NCBI GenBank assembly: GCA_963777155.1
Contig: CAVZPM010000036.1
Location: forward strand, 32,001-96,000
From: Candidatus Bathyarchaeota archaeon
Lineage (GTDB): Archaea > Thermoproteota > Bathyarchaeia > Bathyarchaeales > Bathycorpusculaceae
Direction of reading: 5' to 3'
Length of the DNA stretch: 64,000 nucleotides
Made by a program: the position numbers and the translations under genes. Position 1 is the stretch's first letter. Each line of letters opens with the position of its first letter. A model generated the notes under the pieces. It worked only from the letters and a program-made list of their open reading frames with translations. It ran no database searches and was not told the origin of the DNA. This document shows positions 59,397 to 64,000 of the stretch, in pieces.

Positions 59397-61632
59397 TTAT
59401 GTGTTTTCGGGTTTTCGTCTTAAACGTTTGACGGCTAATACTGTAAAAATCAAAACTATTTCTGGAACGAACAAACCGATGGAGAGCGCATTTAAATAGG
59501 ATGCTGGTTGAGGCGTTAATAATTTTTCAAATTGTATATTTATTTGATGGGAACTAAATTGGGTTGTGTACCATACGTAAAAGTTTTCAGGATCTTGAGT
59601 GTAGCCCTGATTGCTTGCTTGTTGGCTGTCTATAAATACGGTTGGGGCGGTTCCATCTGCTATTAGAGTTTTTGGTATTGTAATATTACTGTAACCTGTG
59701 GTGCCGCTTTCGCCTGTCAGGAAGAAAGTTACTGTTGTTGCGGACGATTGGTTTGTTGCTATGGTAACGTTGGACATCTGTGAGCTAGGTAATGTTTCCT
59801 CTGATTGCAAGCTCAACTATTGAACCACTATCCGTCGTTGCTTTAACGGTTGTTTCTAATGGAGTCGGAGAAGGCGACGCCTTTATTGTCGGAGTCGGAG
59901 TAGGGATTGGAGGGCTTGTTGGTTTTGGTGTTGATACCGGCATTGATGTGGGATTTGGTATTGATGTTGGTGTTGGAGTTGATTGTGGAGTGGGCTCTGG
60001 CGTTGCGGGCGGGGAATTTGTTACTTCGAACAAATTGCTGACTCCTGTGCAATTCCCATAATTAACTGTGATATTGACGTCCGAGCCAGGAGCATTCACG
60101 GTAACTGAAGTCGAGCCTACACCATTAATGAAAGCATCAACCGTGCTAGGACTAATCGATCCTGCAGAATAAGTCAGTGAGGGCGAGCCGACATAGCTTG
60201 TAGCGGTGTTTCCATACACGTCTTTAGCCGTTACAGTTATGCTGAAAGCAGAACCAGCAGTCTGAGGACTACTGATAAGAGCAAAAGTGAAACGGTTAAG
60301 AGCTCCAGGATTAACCGTAAAGATGTTGCTTGTTCCAGACACACCCGAACCAGTTGTAAAAAGCGTAACTACAGAACCTGCACCAGTAACCGTCACTGAA
60401 CCTATCCAAACACCATTCGAGAACGAACCAGTGACAGATGGACTAACAGTGCCAGTTGAAACATTCAAAGCATTAGCTCCAATATAGTTCGCAATAAGAT
60501 TATTGGAAGCATCCTTAGCTGTAATTGTTATGTTAAACGATGTACCCGCAGTCTGAGTACCAACAGAAATAAACTCAAAATGATCAGGTGGAGGAAAATT
60601 CACGGTAACAGACACAGCAGAACCCGTAGCACCATCATAGTTAGTATCGCCACTGTAAACTACTCGGAACTGGTAACTACCAACAGTTGGAGGAATATAG
60701 GTCGTAGAAGCCGAACCACTGCTCAAAGGCACCATAGAAGCGATGTTTGTCCATGAACCAGTACCGATTTTAACTTGGAAAGTGGCCGTACCAGTCGGAG
60801 CCGCGCCTCCAGAAACACCAGAAATAGAAACAGAAGCTGTAACTGTATTATTAACGATAACTGGGTTTGGATCAACTAACGGAACTGGGACACTTGGATT
60901 AGCCTTATTTACAGTTAGAGATGCAGTACTCCCTGTTATGGTATTGTAGTTGTTGTCGCCACTGTAGACTGCGCGGATACGATAGTTGGTTCCTACCGTG
61001 TTGGGAGTATATGGATCTGAAGTTGCAGAACCAGTAGACAACGTCACTACAGCGCCAAGTTGGGTCCATGTTGAACCGCTGGTTGTAGAATATTGGAATG
61101 TTACTGTTCCCGTCGGAGTGATACCTGAAACTCCAGAAACGGTTGCGGCAGCAGTTACTGATCCTCCAAGTTGGATGGGGCTTGTTGGGGTGAGAGTTGG
61201 AGCTGGAACAGTTGGATTAGCCTTATTAACCGTTAATGATGCCGCGTTTCCTGTTGCACCATTGAACTTGTTGTCGCCACTGTAGACTGCGCGGATACGA
61301 TAGTTGGTTCCTACCGTGTTGGGAGTATATGGATCTGAAGTTGCAGAACCTTTAGACAACGTTTTGTTAGCACCAAGCGCATTCCAAGTTGTACCGCTGT
61401 CAGTTGAGAATTGGAATGTTATTGTTCCGGAAGGTGTACCTCCAACGCCACCTACAATAACGTTAGCCGTCACAGAACCGCCTAAATTGATGGGGCTAAC
61501 TGGACTAAGGCTTGGAACAGAAACAGTTGGGGAACCAGCAGCTTTGACGACTTGCGAACTTGCAAGTAGGCACATTGAAAGCAAAATCAAAAATGCTACT
61601 ACAAGCAATTGTAGTTTCTTCATACGCTTCAA
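59397..61632 (-). CDS. Surface protein: Ig-like (Big) repeats + PT linker + stalk domain + TM; one +1 frameshift at ~59788
   Basis: ORFs 59785-61632 and 59397-59816 join; the paralogous copy at 54344-54530 identifies the extra base. Confidence 0.85.
59725..59912 (-). repeat. Right copy of the inverted repeat
   Basis: Matches 54344-54530 in reverse complement, with one extra G at ~59788. Confidence 0.92.
60950..61350. repeat. Two identical 83-bp direct repeats (60950-61032, 61268-61350), 318 bp apart
   Basis: Both encode GSATSDPYTPNTVGTNYRIRAVYSGDN in successive Ig domains. Confidence 0.88.
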
Positions 61633-61834
61633 CTTGATGTTGATAGTTGACCTAAGTTCGGGTCATTTATCTACTAAAATACAAGGTTTCTATTTGGTTA
61701 AACCTTTCCTAATCTGATAATCTCAGAGTTGCACATGCATAAAAAAGATAAGGCATAATTCGTTAATAGAGTCAACAGTAATGAGAATGCTTTCTCCCAC
61801 AGTTTTTTGATGAAAAATGAGGTAAAAAAAGGGG

Positions 61835-62533
<699 letters not shown>

Positions 62534-62834
62534 AATACCAGTATTGTCCCACTCGATTTAAATTATCTTACCTTAACTTAGCTGGCTATTCGATTTTCAA
62601 GAGTGACAATATCAACAAATGCTCATAGGTTGTAGTGCGGCTTAGAAAAAGCAGGAGAGCATATTACTGAATCTTGGTCAAAAATCATTTACAGTGCCAG
62701 AAGGGTAGTTGGGAACGCAAGTCTAGAGAAGTAGTCTATCCCAAATAACCCAACAAAAATTCATTTACGAAGACCTGGTTTTTATTTGAAATTAGCTTTT
62801 TTTTCTTTGTTTAAATTAAAAATGGCAAATAGGG

Positions 62835-63017
62835 TTACTGGATTTTTTTTCCGCAATTGGCACATAACGTGGATATATTGGGATTACTGGCTCCACAGTA
62901 ATTGCAAGATATATCCTTTTCAGAGTTTTTTGAGGCTGTAGCTTCTCTTTCATGAGGGTCACTCATATAATCAATCATCCTTAAAGTGGAAACCAAACCA
63001 CTTAAGCAATCTATCAA
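62835..63017 (-). CDS. Zn-ribbon microprotein
   Basis: CNYCGASN....CANCGKKI; start may be the later Met (MSDPHERE). Confidence 0.6.
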   Translation of the reverse strand: MIDCLSGLVSTLRMIDYMSDPHEREATASKNSEKDISCNYCGASNPNISTLCANCGKKIQ

Positions 63018-63314
63018 TTCAAAGATAAATAGACGAGTGATAGCATGGTTACAACCACGTTTTTGACTGTAAATAGAACAGCTATGACAGCTAGATTATT
63101 TGAAGACTAAGCGCCCAAATAAATCTGAGCACTAAAGACAAACACCAACAACTTGGCTTATCTGAAATTCATAAAGATTTTATAAATTATGCCCCAAATA
63201 AGAAGATGTAAATGAGTTATGAAGAACCAGAAGAAACGAATCAAAGAACGAAGAGAAAAAATATTATCTGAAATCATCAAATAAAACCATTCTATGGTAT
63301 ATGGCCAGGTTATA

Positions 63315-63662
63315 CTAAAGTTTCATCTTAGCTAATTCTCTGTTGATTTGTTGACAAGTCTCATATACATCCTCAATTTGAATCGGGAGTCCCTTAACTT
63401 TAGACTGAAACACCCCAGCGGACATTAAAATAATCCCAAGACTCTCGCTAATAACTGGCACTGGAACCAAAAAAACCGTGACTCCAAGCTTAATCAGTGG
63501 AGAGACGGAACCTTTGTTTTCTCCCCTAAACAGCTTCTTTGTTTCATTTGCTTCCTCCAAAGACTTGCTCAATAAAGTGACGGTTTCCTGATAATTCAAT
63601 CCTCTTTCACGTAGCACTTTAATGAAAGTTGCAGTATCCTCAATTCTGGTATTAACCATCAA
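63315..63662 (-). CDS. Hypothetical protein with hydrophobic hairpin
   Basis: 115-aa ORF, LIKLGVTVFLVPVPVISESLGIIL. Confidence 0.7.
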   Translation of the reverse strand: MMVNTRIEDTATFIKVLRERGLNYQETVTLLSKSLEEANETKKLFRGENKGSVSPLIKLGVTVFLVPVPVISESLGIILMSAGVFQSKVKGLPIQIEDVYETCQQINRELAKMKL

Positions 63663-64000
63663 TTTGTCTCCGCGGGGGATAACTTTTTTTTAATGCTAAC
63701 TAAAGAAATAAAGACTTAATCAAGATGTACCTTTCGTTTCAACATTTTTTTGCAATCCCAAAACAGACTCTCTAAATAGGAAACATTCAATAAAATTGAA
63801 CAATAGAAAGTTATCTTTGAACGAGATTTATTTTATACTTTAGGTTAACCGAGTTGGGCAACTATAACAAGTTTAATAAAAAGAAAACATCCAATATGAA
63901 TTAGCAGTTGATTTCATGTCACATGAGAAAACAGTCGTGTCTGAAATACCAAAGTTTATTCTGCCCTTCTCTGAGGAAGTAGATCCCTCCGCTAAACTCG

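Noticed and set aside
54344-59912. Diversity-generating retroelement template/variable repeat pair
   Set aside because: Copies show no adenine-specific mismatches and no reverse transcriptase is present

Overview
Archaeal chromosomal segment, most consistent with Bathyarchaeia (TACK). The assignment is inferred from TFB, aIF1, aIF6, eL20/eL31/eL39/eS19, Rpp21, prefoldin, PEF-CTERM surface proteins and frequent TTG/GTG starts. Layout: (1) 1-7 kb: housekeeping and small genes (tRNA-Gln, tfb, sui1, tag). (2) 7-20.3 kb: an aryl-acid/aromatic amino acid locus. ACD-GNAT and ACT genes run divergently from livGF-paaK-iorA-iorB-livKHM-paaI, which ends in an atypical tRNA-Cys. IorA carries a whole 4x[4Fe-4S] ferredoxin inserted in the middle of the protein. 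(3) 24-29 kb: conserved rnp4-yhbY-rps19e-PDCD5-rpl39e-rpl31e-aIF6-rpl18a-pfdA-ftsY cluster. (4) 29-45 kb: dTDP-rhamnose genes (rfbB and rfbD frameshifted), two flippases, GT2, WecB and many unannotated Cys-rich microproteins. (5) 46-62.5 kb: a modular secreted/surface protein island. Three unrelated secreted enzymes (polysaccharide deacetylase, subtilase, metallophosphoesterase-esterase) share one ~100-aa C-terminal domain ending LTAYDxxW. A second family of proteins shares a stalk/anchor domain. Two convergent surface genes carry a ~187-bp near-identical inverted repeat around a decayed tyrosine recombinase. The shared C-terminal domain and the invertible-looking segment are the best candidates for an undescribed system. 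Scattered single-base indels suggest some assembly error. All family calls come from motif recognition by eye; no database searches were run.
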